DNA of 63,629 nt, the filler included, from Craspedostauros australis (taxonomy: Eukaryota): NCBI GenBank assembly GCA_030167865.1. It is 12 parts of 12 records of this genome, joined end to end, with 100 filler letters (N's around TTAATTAATTAA, not from the genome) between each part and the next. Parts side by side here need not be neighbours in the genome. Positions count along the whole stretch, not along the records: positions 21,251 to 26,081 come from JALAGF010004157.1; positions 26,182 to 28,237 come from JALAGF010004158.1; positions 28,338 to 30,427 come from JALAGF010004160.1; positions 30,528 to 56,835 come from JALAGF010004162.1; 8 more parts are not named here. One strand, given 5' to 3'. Under the pieces are notes generated by a model, which did no database searches, was not told the DNA's origin, and worked only from the letters and a program-made list of their open reading frames with translations. Both the position numbers and the translations under genes were made by a program. Positions 21,251 through 32,871 of the stretch are shown here, in pieces (position 1 is the first letter of the stretch; every line of letters begins with the position of its first letter).

Positions 21251-24200
21251 CTCTTATGAGGCTGCGCCGGTGGCGCTTTTCTCCGCCTCCTTTAATCTTC
21301 GCGCAGGGCGCGAAGGGAGCACGGAATCCATGTATCGTTTTGCATGTAGTGTGTATACCTTACTCGCCCACTGTTGATGCGCCTGCGCCTTCGCCGGGGG
21401 CCGGGTGAGCTTGCCGCCTGAACTGCAGCCACTTGAGCAGGGCACCAGAGGCGGCCGGCTCTTGTAGCTTTAGTGCAGCCTGCTCCACCCATACCGCGAC
21501 TTGCGCTGCTGGCGTCCCCACAGCGGGGGCACTGAGCAGTATTCGCCTGTGATCGGCTGGATCCGTCTCGAGGCGAAGCTGAAGTGATTGTGCCCTGTCG
21601 CGCAGAGCTTGGACCATTTCAGCTTCGGCCGAGTCTTGATTCTCAAAAAGTGCTTCGTTTCTCGCCGCCCAATGCTCCCATGCTATCTGCCAGATGCGCC
21701 GCACGAGCTGCCGGGACCACTTCGCCGCGGACCTGCGAGAGCGCTGCTGCTCCAAGTACTCTTGCTGCATCTGCTCCCAGTGCTGGACCAGCAGCCCTTT
21801 CCGCAACGCTTGGGGCCCCACTGCTTGCTGCTGCTGAACGGCTTCGTGGGGCTGGCTGCCTGGGCTGGTGATCTGTAGGAACGCCGAGCCTTCAAGCTGA
21901 CTCCGGAGGACGGTCATCATGCTGGCTATCAGCGCTGGCCGTGTTGGGTACTTCTGCAGCCATCTTCGAATCTCCGTTAGATGCTTCTTCGAAATCCGCC
22001 GACGGTCATGTCCAGGACATTCCCAGAAGTGCCGGACATCCTCACTTGCACCACAGCTGGGGCATTTGTCGGAGATCCGCATCCCCCATCGTTTCATTCG
22101 CTTGCCAAATGGAGCTTCCCCTGTGACCAACTTGATCGTCAACGTGCGCTTGGAAATTTCGAGAACGGCGAGAGCGCTGCCGACGGTATGCCAGGCAACA
22201 GGTAGGCCGCGATGGAGCACCCGGCGCGAGATCAGTACGTCAATCGCTTCCCGGCGTGCTTGGGCACCCGCCACCGCAGAATAGACCACTTTTGTCAGCT
22301 TAGCCGATGCATTGAACGTCACTCGCTCGCCATGCACTTGCCCACTGTACGCCGCCACCTCCTGCATGGAAACTCTTGCGGATCCTGCTACTTTGTCGGC
22401 AATCACGTTCATTCGCGCCCACTTATCGAGCGAACCCCATCCCATCTGATCATCCTGGTGGCCTTTGACGTGCCGCCCTCGAATTGAGATTGGTACTTCC
22501 ATGCTGAGGCTTCTGACCGCTCGTAGCAAATCTGCGTCGGTGGACGAGGGAGACAGCCGCCACTCTGGGTCCAGCGCCTTGAGGGCGCCGATGTTGTCGC
22601 ACCCCACCTCCACGCTGCCGTCGTCAATCCCATACACTTCACAGATCACCGCAAGAATCGTCAGAACCCCGTAGATCCCAGCGAGCTCCGCTCGGTGAGA
22701 CTGCATAGTACCGTCGGTGGCTGGCGCAAGATTAGCGACCAATACCTGCGCGGTACTGCTGCCGTAATTGGCGAGTATCACCGCTCCAGACGCGCCCGTT
22801 CCTTGCGCAACCGACCCGTCGCTGCAGGCCACCGCTGATCCCTGTCGCACAGACCGGGCCACTGTTTCCCAAGCTCCCGTTTTCCCGTATTGCTGCACCG
22901 CCCATGCTCTCGAGCGTGGCAGGGCTAGTATGGCTGCTTCCACTGTACTGGCGCTTTCTGGCTGTGAAATGCTGCCCTCTCCCGTTCCTGTGACAACAAT
23001 CCTGCCCCGCTCGCGATACCCGTCCACCACCTTCGATGGCCGTCGCATGCTGGCGTTGGCCAACTCATACAGCTTTCGTCTTCCGCGCCTCGGCACTCTG
23101 ATGTAGCATTGACTTGGTTGCTGCTGATTGTGAAGTCTGTCACTTTCAGAATCCCAGAAGACTAGCGGTTGCTGCGATGTGAACCCCTTCCAATGCCCGA
23201 GAGGCTGCGCCAGACGCGCTGCACCTGTTCTGGAGGCTTGGAATATTTGTCGAATGGCTTGGCTCCACAGCCGCCAACACTTTGGCTCGAGCTCCCCCAC
23301 TGGCGGCCAGCGGAGGCATGTGGACCGCAGAGGGATCCCCCCTGGACTCAGTGCGGACGGGAGGAGTTGTGCCCCGTCGGCGGAGACGATATCCGATAGC
23401 CAGAACACTTTCTGGGCTATTCTGCACAGGTTGATGACTCGCTGCTGCTGCGGATCAAACGCGAAGGCTTGGACGCGCTCCATGATCGGCGCGTCGTGTT
23501 GTCGAGGGGCATGCAGTATCCCATTCTCCCACTGCACTGTGATGCCCACCTCGCGTGCCTCTATCCATACCGATTTCATCCACGAATCGTCAGCCAGATG
23601 ACTCCACTTCGCCGGGTCGCGGCAGAATACGTCTGGGGTGCCCACTTGCAGCGTCAGAAGTTCGACCTGCGTGCGCATCAGTTTCCCTGTCAGCGTTGGC
23701 TGTTGCCAGTGTCGTGCCAGCTGCTCGAGATGCCTCGTGACTTGCACATAGTAAAGGTGGTGCACTCCAAGTCCCATACCTTCGTGCGGCCCAAACACCA
23801 ATTTCCTGGATACATTGCGCTGGACCCCAGCTGCTGGCAGTGCTGCCGCTAGAACGGGACGCATGATTCTCTCGGCCGCTGCCTTTGTGAACGTCGAGCT
23901 GGACAATGGATATTCCAGAGCTTTCCATATTGTGGACTTCATTGCTATCCATGCATGGGTCCTCAGCATTCGTCCTCGTCGCATTTTGTCTGCCCATTTC
24001 TCGGCTTTAGCCGTGTAGTACAGCTCATTGTCTTTCTGGTTCCCATCGTGGCGTACCATCACTCCCAAAGCTTTCCGTGCTTGGTCCACCCGAAGCCTGA
24101 GAAGTGTGGACCGCTCCTGGCTATCTGGCTGACGTATACTGATGTCCCCTGGTTGCTCCTCGATAGTCTTGTATCTCCACCGAGTGCCTTCCCACTTGAA

Positions 24201-26081
24201 CGACATCAAGTACCAATAGCTTTTCCGCGGTTCCAATGCCCCGCCGGTTGCCCGTAGCATGCCCTCCCACGCGTCGACCACCTGCTGAATTTCTGCAACA
24301 CATCCTTCCTGGTCGCTTGGTTCTGCCCTGACGGAGTGAATGAGGTCCGTGTCGTCCACAAACGAGAAGCACACCAGCTTGGTTGTCACTTGCTGCGTTG
24401 GACTAACCGACGTGAATCCGTACCCTTTCTCGGACATTGCTGCCATGATTGGCGAGCTCATCGCCACCCACCCAGCCGGCGATATGCCGAGACCTTGGAG
24501 CAGGCCTTGTAGCTTGGAGCCGCGATGGGGGTATGTGCGCGTGGATTTTCCGAAACCCGTCAGCACGTGGTGCTTCATCGCTTGGATAGCAGTCGTCACG
24601 CTTCGCCCCACCGTTGTGGGCACCCCAATTCTTTTCATGCTGAGCTCCAGCGGCACGTGTGCCATCCGGTCGTAACAGCTCTTGGCGTCGTTCGAGCATA
24701 TACAGCTTGTGGCCGCTGTGATTCTGATGATATCGTCTGTCATTCTGTTGTTGAGACTGACTTCTGCTGCGCTTCGCTGTTTTCTGCTCCCGTATTGCTC
24801 ATCTGGCAGCATCCGGTGGTCCTCTGCGTGTCTCATCATGATCTTTCCGATCCATTTGAGATTAGCGTTGAAATCTCCTTCTACGAGGCTGATGGTGCGG
24901 AATCTGGAAACTCGGAAGTTTCCTGGCTCCTTCAGAAGCGTCACATCGGTACACACCAGCCATCTGGACAGATTGTAACCCGTCCGAAGCGATATCTCTC
25001 TCATGATCGCGTCCACCTCAGCCAGATCGTTGCATTTTGCATTTGCCTTCCAGAGGCCGAAATGTAGTCCTGACGGGCCCGACGTGGTCTTTTCGCGTGC
25101 CTTGGACCACAGCTGTTGATGACTGGCTGTGGTGATGTTGAGATCTTCCTCTGTCCATGGTATAACGTTCGTCTTGCTGAGTTCGTCGAGCAGCTGCTGG
25201 TCGTAGATACCGAGCTTGCTGCGGTGCCGTCGTCTGGTGGCTGGCAAACTCATCCTTCGTACATCCCTGGCGAAAGCTGCATGCTGTAGGGGAGTCACAT
25301 AGGCTTGTCTGTACTTAGCCTCGTTGGCTTTCATACATTGAGCGATGACCGTCTGTTCTCTGTCGTACACCTCTTCTTCCCCTTCCTCGTTGTTCGCGAT
25401 AACCAATGTCACTTTGCTGTTTGCATCGTAGTCCCCGATCACTTGCCTGATGGCCTTGAACGTCTCCACCACTTCTTCTCTCTTTTGGATGGATATGAGA
25501 GCTGCTTCCGCGGTGATGTTTCCTGCTCTGGCCACTTCTTCCGCCCGTGACTGTAGGAATGTCGCCCTGTGCTTCTGCGCGTCCTTCTTAGCGAGCTTCC
25601 ACTTCTTATGCGCCCTTTGCCGCTTCTCGTCCAGGTCCTCCTTGCTGAGGATGGCAGTGCGGATCGTTATCCCTGCTTGTTTCTTTGCTCGTTCATACCA
25701 TCGAGAGCTCACCTTTTTTCCTTCCCGCCGTTTCCATGCCAGGTTCCAGAACTGCTTCTCCATGGCTTTCTGCTTTATGATTGGAGAGAATGGAACCTTG
25801 CCTGTGTATATTTTCCGGGCCCCTTTTTCCGCGCTTAACATGATTCGCGTTCTGTCTGCGTCGATGGCTTCCATTTCTTCCCTCTGATCTTTCGTGAGCT
25901 GTTCTGACTTTCCCACCTCGGCTCGCAACTGACCGACTCTCTGAATCACGTCCTTACTCTTGTATTGCTTCAGGACTTCGGCTTGATACCTTCGGACTGT
26001 CACTGGTCGGTTGAGACGGACCCGTCGCCCTTCGAATTTTTGCGTAGGCTTGCTGGCCGTTCCGAACACTGATTCTTGTGC
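21251..26081 (-). mobile_element. Non-LTR retrotransposon with an intact RT + RNase H + CCHC ORF (21360->26081), 5'-truncated by contig end; resembles diatom Ambal-type LINEs
   Basis: RT motifs TTSGPSGLHFG, FRTISLVE, EQYGSRK, SNDAKSCYDR, QG and FVDDTDL. RNase H motifs SDGS, HRAELAG, CDN, HVKGHQDD and NVIADKVA. Zinc knuckle CPSC-x7-HFWEC. No stop codon in >1560 codons. Confidence 0.93.
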
Positions 26082-26899
26082 NNNNNNNNNNNNNNNNNNN
26101 NNNNNNNNNNNNNNNNNNNNNNNNNTTAATTAATTAANNNNNNNNNNNNNNNNNNNNNNNNNNNNNNNNNNNNNNNNNNNNGCACACGCACTCTCCATGT
26201 GCACCTCCTCCATCTAATCCAATGTCTCTACTTCCACTATAGCTGATCCATACTTCTCCTATGCATGTGGAGGACCGATCATGGCAGTATTCATTCTTAT
26301 ATCTTTGTTGTGTTCCTCTAGTACAGTGGGTGTCATTGTTCCATTGCTACGTCTAAATGCAAGTTGACGTTCAGACTGACACAAGCGGGAGGACGTCCGT
26401 CCTCCACGTGTAGAGTAGATGGTTCCGATTCCTCTCCTCTGTTCGCAATCAACGATGATCTGGGTCGTGTTTTGATCGTGTTCACGGTGTTTGAGACGTT
26501 ATTGACACGTTACATTCAATTTCAAACATTTTGAAGGAGGCGTTGGGAACAGCTTCGGTACCGTTTCAATATTTCCAAAACGTCATTTTAATGCGTACAG
26601 CGACCGTTCGTGGTATTCAGCTTCTGTGTTGGACAGTTGTGTTGGGTGTCTGCGCCAAAGAATGTGATCGTTTTGGGGTGTTCCGAACAAGGAAAATTGG
26701 TTTGTTTCGGTGTGACCAGCATCATTCTGCGTGTCCATTTCTCTTGGCAGAAGGTGGGATGGATGCCAGACGGAAACGCCAACCGCGCAGCGACGCCGCC
26801 AGCAACAACAGAAGCAACAGCAACAGCAACAGCGACAGCAACAGCAACATCCACCAAGAGAACGCAGACGACAACACCAAACTTGAAAACACCAATGCC

Positions 26900-27545
26900 A
26901 CCTCACATCCGCATCGATCCACATCCATGTCCACTCGCCTCCACAACAGATCACATCCGCATCGATCCACATCCACATCGATCCACATCCGTATCCACTC
27001 GCTTCCACAACAGATCACATCCGCATCCACTCACTTCCACCTCGATCCACGTCCACATTGATCCGCATCTGCATCCACTCACCTCCACAACAGATCACAT
27101 CCGCATCGGTCCACATCCACTCACCTCCACAACAGATAACATCAACATCCACTCACTTCCACCTCAATCCACATCCGCATCCACTTACATCCACCTCAAT
27201 CCACATCCACTCACCTCCACAACAGATCACATCCGCACCGATCCACATCTGCATCCACTCACCTCCACAACAGATCACATCCACATCCACTCGCCTCCAC
27301 AACAGAACACATCCGCATCGATCCGCATCCACTCACCTCCACAACAGATCACCTCCACATCGATCCACGTCCGCATCCACATCCGCATCCAATCACCTCC
27401 ACAACAGATCACATCAACGTCCACTCGCCTCCACAACAGAGCACATCCACATCGATCCACATCCGCATCCACTCACTTCCACCTCAATCCACATCCACAT
27501 CGATCCACATCCACTCACCTCCACAGCAGATCACATCCGCATCCA
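26900..27545. repeat. Tandem minisatellite (cacatc/cgcatc/gatc mixed with cactcacctccacaacagat units)
   Basis: Directly visible. Variants cgcatc/cacatc and tcgcct/tcacct are CpG-to-CpA changes. Confidence 0.93.
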
Positions 27546-28337
27546 TCATCACGTCACATTGACATTGACTCACATGACATGACATCTTCAATCAGCCTCA
27601 TCTGCCATCGCTTTGAAGGAGGCACGGATGAGTAGTATCATAGCTGTAACCAACTAAATGGCCTTCGCTCATGCAAGTAATACCCGTTCATACCATTGGA
27701 ATGTCATCTTTTTGTCTTGTCATGGTATTGCTTTGGAGCATGCTTGTGATTTCATTGTTTGCTTTTCGGTTTGGTGTGCCGAGTCTTACAACCTTGTTCT
27801 CATGGATGAGGAGAGAGTTCTGTGGTACTGGATCTCATCCATGATGATCCCGTTCTTTGCGATGATGTGATGGATTGTACCAACTTGGTCAAAATCTGTT
27901 CCTGTTCCTGAGATGCTCTATAGTAACTTTGCGTGCACAAAATGTAGAAGTTGTTTTCTTTGTTTTTCTCAAGTTTATAATTCTCACGATCTGAGTCGAG
28001 AGCATTTCGTTTATCTGCCTTTCGCGTGTATCCACGTGTTAATTTCATTTTCGTGGGATGCCTTTCGCATGTATTCACGTTATGATCACATTTTCGTTGT
28101 TTGTCTTTCGCGTTCATAATCCGTTTGATTTTCGTGTCGTTGTCTGTCTTCTTGCACAGATCTGTTGCATCTGCGTAGGTGAGCTGATATGCTATTGATG
28201 CTGCTTTTCCCTACTGTTGGCGCGGATCTCTCTGGAGNNNNNNNNNNNNNNNNNNNNNNNNNNNNNNNNNNNNNNNNNNNNTTAATTAATTAANNNNNNN
28301 NNNNNNNNNNNNNNNNNNNNNNNNNNNNNNNNNNNNN

Positions 28338-30061
28338 GCAGCAGCAGATGCGGGAGCAAAAGCGGAAGCGGGGCTGGAGCAGACACCGTTGGATACCTGG
28401 CCGTTGAGCAAGGCGTAGTCATCGAAGCTGCATGTGGACACGACCCTCGTTCTTGGTTTCTGGAGGAAGCTGGGAGTGTGTGGCGCGGCTGTCTTTGCCA
28501 TCGCAGCGCATTGCTCTTCTTCCACCTTCATGGTCTTCTCCGTCAGCCATCGGGTTGGATCCTCGATGTACCCTGTGCTCGCCAGACCTGGATGTCCGCT
28601 CAAGTACCGCAGGATGGACTTGGTACCGGCCTTGTGAACACCGACAACGTGGTACGATGGCAGGCAGCTGACGCTGCTGGATGGCGTGTCAAGCTCGTTT
28701 TCACCGTTGATGGAGTTTCCAGCTGCGTGGTTGCACCAGCAGTGTCCTGTGCGCGATGCCTTGCCCTTGGCTGGGAGAGGGAAAGAGAATCGTTCCTCAA
28801 CGGGCGGGATCTCACTCGCGAGGCCCTCCTCTTCAAGAAGGTCCAGCATCAAGGAGTACTTCTTTCCTGACGCGAAATGAGCGATGAAGTCGCCGTGTTG
28901 CCATTGGCCGTCCTCCTTCTCGTCTGCGCTGCTGAAGGAATGCTCGCGTCGGAAAGAGTTCATGGTGCGCTTGGGAACGATGGTGACATGCGCGCCACGT
29001 TCCAGCTCCGTCTTTGGCGGCCACTGCAGCTCGTTCTGAGCAAGCAGCACGGACATCTGGAGCGGCTGGTCGATGAGGGTGCGGCCGAGGAAGCGGGTGT
29101 ACGCATACTTGGCGGTGAAGATGTCGAAGCAATGCTGCAGCGACCATTCGTTGCTCTTGAGGAGGAAGATTCCGTTGTTGATGCCGTGCACGAACTGCCA
29201 GTTCCCACCACGTGTCGCGATCAAGCTGGTGCTGTTGGATGGCTGGGTGCTGTCGATGAGGGAGGGCAAGGTGATGTCCATGTTGGTGAAGAGGGCGTCG
29301 GCATCCAGCATCATGACCCATTTGTAACCGCGTTGCACGGTCCATGCCAGGAGGAGGTACTTGAGCATCTTGGGGTGGATGCCATCGACGTTGGTGGACA
29401 TTGGCAGGTAGTCGTAGCCGTGGGTGTCGGCGTAGTGCTGGTGGTTGCGCTTGGAGATGTCGCACAGATCCATTCCGACACAGATGCTCACAATGGCGTA
29501 CTCTGGCGAATCTCTGCCATGCAGGTTGTTCTGCTGTTCAATCTGAGACGACCGTGCTTGGAGGGAGCGGCCGATCTCGGAATCGTCAAAGATGGTTCTT
29601 GCGAGTTTGATGAATTCCTTGAGCGTCTCCGGTCTGTACTCGCCCTGGAAGCCAGTTGGCAAGGGAACGACGGCCATCGGCTGGGTGATTTCGTTTTGTG
29701 TGCTGTACGTCTTACGCACGGTCTGGAAGGATCGAGTGGAGATGGGAGTGCCAGCGAAGATTGGATCGCTGTGAGAGACGAAGAAGTTCTCCCCGTCGTC
29801 CTTGTTTCCGTAGTTGTTGGCGAGAGCCCGCATGTCTTGGCCTGAGCCGTCGACCATGATGTATTCTTTGGGAGACACGACGTAGATGTTGCGCAAGTAC
29901 TGCGTGCGTGGCAGCACTTGCTTCAGCATGGTGCAGTTCAGTTGGAGAATGCAGAAGACGCAAGCGGCCATGCTTGCGACAAGCACCATGTGCCGGGTGA
30001 TTCCAGGATGGTGGGATCTCATGTTCCTGGCGACCAAATGGGTTGGGGTGCGTTGTGACAT
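28338..30061 (-). CDS. 5' part of a GT34-like glycosyltransferase-sulfotransferase fusion gene (type II membrane protein)
   Basis: Likely ATG at 30061 (MSQRTP). Single TM segment MVLVASMAACVFCILQL. Motifs YADTHGYDY, WVMMLDADALF (DxD), INNGIFLLK, DQ and GDFIAHFAS. 28338-29242 overlaps 30528-31432 in reverse complement. Confidence 0.88.
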
Positions 30062-30527
30062 GGGGGACCTGAATTGGTTGGTTGTGGTTGGTTGTGCGTT
30101 GTGGTTGATGAGATTGTGAAATTGTGAGCACATTGACTTGTCTTCAACCCGAGGCAGCACTCTTTCGAATGGTTCCTGTGGTGGTATGTCACACCGCATC
30201 ACACCACATCATGTTGTATCGTGGATTGTAACAGTCCATGGTAGTTGGATTTGGCGGCGTGGACTGCCTTGTTCTCACATCCGTCCCAAGGATTCTTGGG
30301 TTGGACGCGTTTGGCCACGGTCACGTCTGTTCATCAAAGAGTTGTACGTAAACACCAGTGCTGATGTGACGTCGTCGTATGGTGTGGTTGGCATTTGCGT
30401 TTGCTGTGCGTACGCTGGTACTCGCATNNNNNNNNNNNNNNNNNNNNNNNNNNNNNNNNNNNNNNNNNNNNTTAATTAATTAANNNNNNNNNNNNNNNNN
30501 NNNNNNNNNNNNNNNNNNNNNNNNNNN

Positions 30528-32294
30528 CCATCCAACAGCACCAGCTTGATCGCGACACGTGGTGGGAACTGGCAGTTCGTGCACGGCATCAACAACGGAA
30601 TCTTCCTCCTCAAGAGCAACGAATGGTCGCTGCAGCATTGCTTCGACATCTTCACCGCCAAGTATGCGTACACCCGCTTCCTCGGCCGCACCCTCATCGA
30701 CCAGCCGCTCCAGATGTCCGTGCTGCTTGCTCAGAACGAGCTGCAGTGGCCGCCAAAGACGGAGCTGGAACGTGGCGCGCATGTCACCATCGTTCCCAAG
30801 CGCACCATGAACTCTTTCCGACGCGAGCATTCCTTCAGCAGCGCAGACGAGAAGGAGGACGGCCAATGGCAACACGGCGACTTCATCGCTCATTTCGCGT
30901 CAGGAAAGAAGTACTCCTTGATGCTGGACCTTCTTGAAGAGGAGGGCCTCGCGAGTGAGATCCCGCCCGTTGAGGAACGATTCTCTTTCCCTCTCCCAGC
31001 CAAGGGCAAGGCATCGCGCACAGGACACTGCTGGTGCAACCACGCAGCTGGAAACTCCATCAACGGTGAAAACGAGCTTGACACGCCATCCAGCAGCGTC
31101 AGCTGCCTGCCATCGTACCACGTTGTCGGTGTTCACAAGGCCGGTACCAAGTCCATCCTGCGGTACTTGAGCGGACATCCAGGTCTGGCGAGCACAGGGT
31201 ACATCGAGGATCCAACCCGATGGCTGACGGAGAAGACCATGAAGGTGGAAGAAGAGCAATGCGCTGCGATGGCAAAGACAGCCGCGCCACACACTCCCAG
31301 CTTCCTCCAGAAACCAAGAACGAGGGTCGTGTCCACATGCAGCTTCGATGACTACGCCTTGCTCAACGGCCAGGTATCCAACGGTGTCTGCTCCAGCCCC
31401 GCTTCCGCTTTTGCTCCCGCATCTGCTGCTGCCACAGCTGATTCTGGTGTTGGTGGTAGTGACGAAGACCTTGCCGTCTCCGCGGTTCCGTACTTCCCAG
31501 AGGAGGAGAAGCCGCTGTTCGATGAGATGAACATCTGGGACCACAGCTTTGACAAGATCCGCGGCGTGTCGCTACCAGAAGTCTTTCACCACATGCAACC
31601 GGAGGCCAATCTTCTCGTCACCGTCCGCGATTCCGTCGACGTCACCTACTCAGCATACAACCACTTTGGAGTCTTCACATCTCAAGACAGTGCCAGCGCA
31701 AGCAATCAAGGCAGCAACAGCAAGAGCAAGAGCGACGGTGTCCAGAAGGGCCCGGCCCACTTTGACATGTACATCCGCAGCGTCGTTGCCACATGGACGC
31801 AGAACGGATGCACGGCCGCGAACTATCGCAAGTGCCTGCCAAGCGACATGGTCCAGGCCGGCGGCTGGCTGTCGCGGGCGATGTATTCCAAGGTCTTCTC
31901 CGAGTGGCTGTCGCACTTCCAATGCTCCCAGGTCCATCTCTTCGATGTGTCCGTCGACCCACGCACCGAGGTGGAACGCCTCTATGACTTCGTCGGCATG
32001 CCCAACAAGGCGGCCGCAGAGGAAGTGACACAGAGCACGTACACACTGCAATCCAACGCAACAGCAGCCGCCTCCTTTGGCGGCCGACGCGACAAGAACC
32101 CGATGAACAAGGCCTCGTACGATGCCATGCTGGATACGACGCGGCAATACCTGAACGAGTTCTACGGCACATTCGACGACGAGATGTGCGATCTGATGAT
32201 CGAACATCCCTGTTTGGATGTTCCGCTGTTCCGACGCAAGTGCCAGATGAAGCAGGCCGATGTGTTGGACGGTGTCATGTCTCTGACGACGTGA
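30528..32294 (+). CDS. 3' part of the same fusion gene: end of the GT domain plus a PAPS-dependent sulfotransferase domain
   Basis: 5'-PSB-like VVGVHKAGTKSILRYLSGHP, 3'-PB-like LLVTVRDSVDVTYSAYNH, YSKVFSEWLSHF, LYDFVGM and TRQYLNEFY. Confidence 0.88.
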   Translation, partial: PSNSTSLIATRGGNWQFVHGINNGIFLLKSNEWSLQHCFDIFTAKYAYTRFLGRTLIDQPLQMSVLLAQNELQWPPKTELERGAHVTIVPKRTMNSFRREHSFSSADEKEDGQWQHGDFIAHFASGKKYSLMLDLLEEEGLASEIPPVEERFSFPLPAKGKASRTGHCWCNHAAGNSINGENELDTPSSSVSCLPSYHVVGVHKAGTKSILRYLSGHPGLASTGYIEDPTRWLTEKTMKVEEEQCAAMAKTAAPHTPSFLQKPRTRVVSTCSFDDYALLNGQVSNGVCSSPASAFAPASAAATADSGVGGSDEDLAVSAVPYFPEEEKPLFDEMNIWDHSFDKIRGVSLPEVFHHMQPEANLLVTVRDSVDVTYSAYNHFGVFTSQDSASASNQGSNSKSKSDGVQKGPAHFDMYIRSVVATWTQNGCTAANYRKCLPSDMVQAGGWLSRAMYSKVFSEWLSHFQCSQVHLFDVSVDPRTEVERLYDFVGMPNKAAAEEVTQSTYTLQSNATAAASFGGRRDKNPMNKASYDAMLDTTRQYLNEFYGTFDDEMCDLMIEHPCLDVPLFRRKCQMKQADVLDGVMSLTT

Positions 32295-32871
32295 TGGGCC
32301 CTGTCTGGGAGAACAAACTATTCTACCAAAGAGTGGATGGATCGATGCAAGATCACAAGGAGCATCAGCAGCAACCACCTGCGTTGCGATTTTCATGGTG
32401 ACAGCATCAGACCACAATTACATGAATACACAATGCACGTAGCACGCCGAATAGCGTGCCGTACACTGCACGATATTAATATTAAGGATAACAACTGTAA
32501 AGTACAATAGAGTACAAGATTTACACTTTTACGCAAAGACTACAGCCCAAACGCCCACCCTAGCCGCAATATTCGTAGGAACTCGCCGGAAACACCAGAT
32601 CTCACGACACTCGAGAGCTGTGCCTCCTCGTATCGCACCGCTTATGACCATCGCAACAACAAGTCTCCAAGCGATCGTGGACTCAGTTCATTCGGTTGCA
32701 AGATGGTCTACTTTTGTGTTGATCTGTATTTATTGGGCTGTATTCATGACTGCAATTAAGACCTCCGTCCTTCTCCTCTCGTCATCCATGATTAATCTCC
32801 TTTTGTGTTTCTACTCTCGTCAATTTGAACTATGAAAGGGCCCTGAGATGATCGGTCGTGCGCCCGGCTTG

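Noticed and set aside
26531..27635. ORFs of 176-341 aa over the second array
   Set aside because: Repeat-derived open frames with no domain signal.
28877..29845. Long antisense ORFs (also 31650-32417, 38276-39199 and 53823-54599)
   Set aside because: They are shadows of GC-rich genes on the opposite strand.
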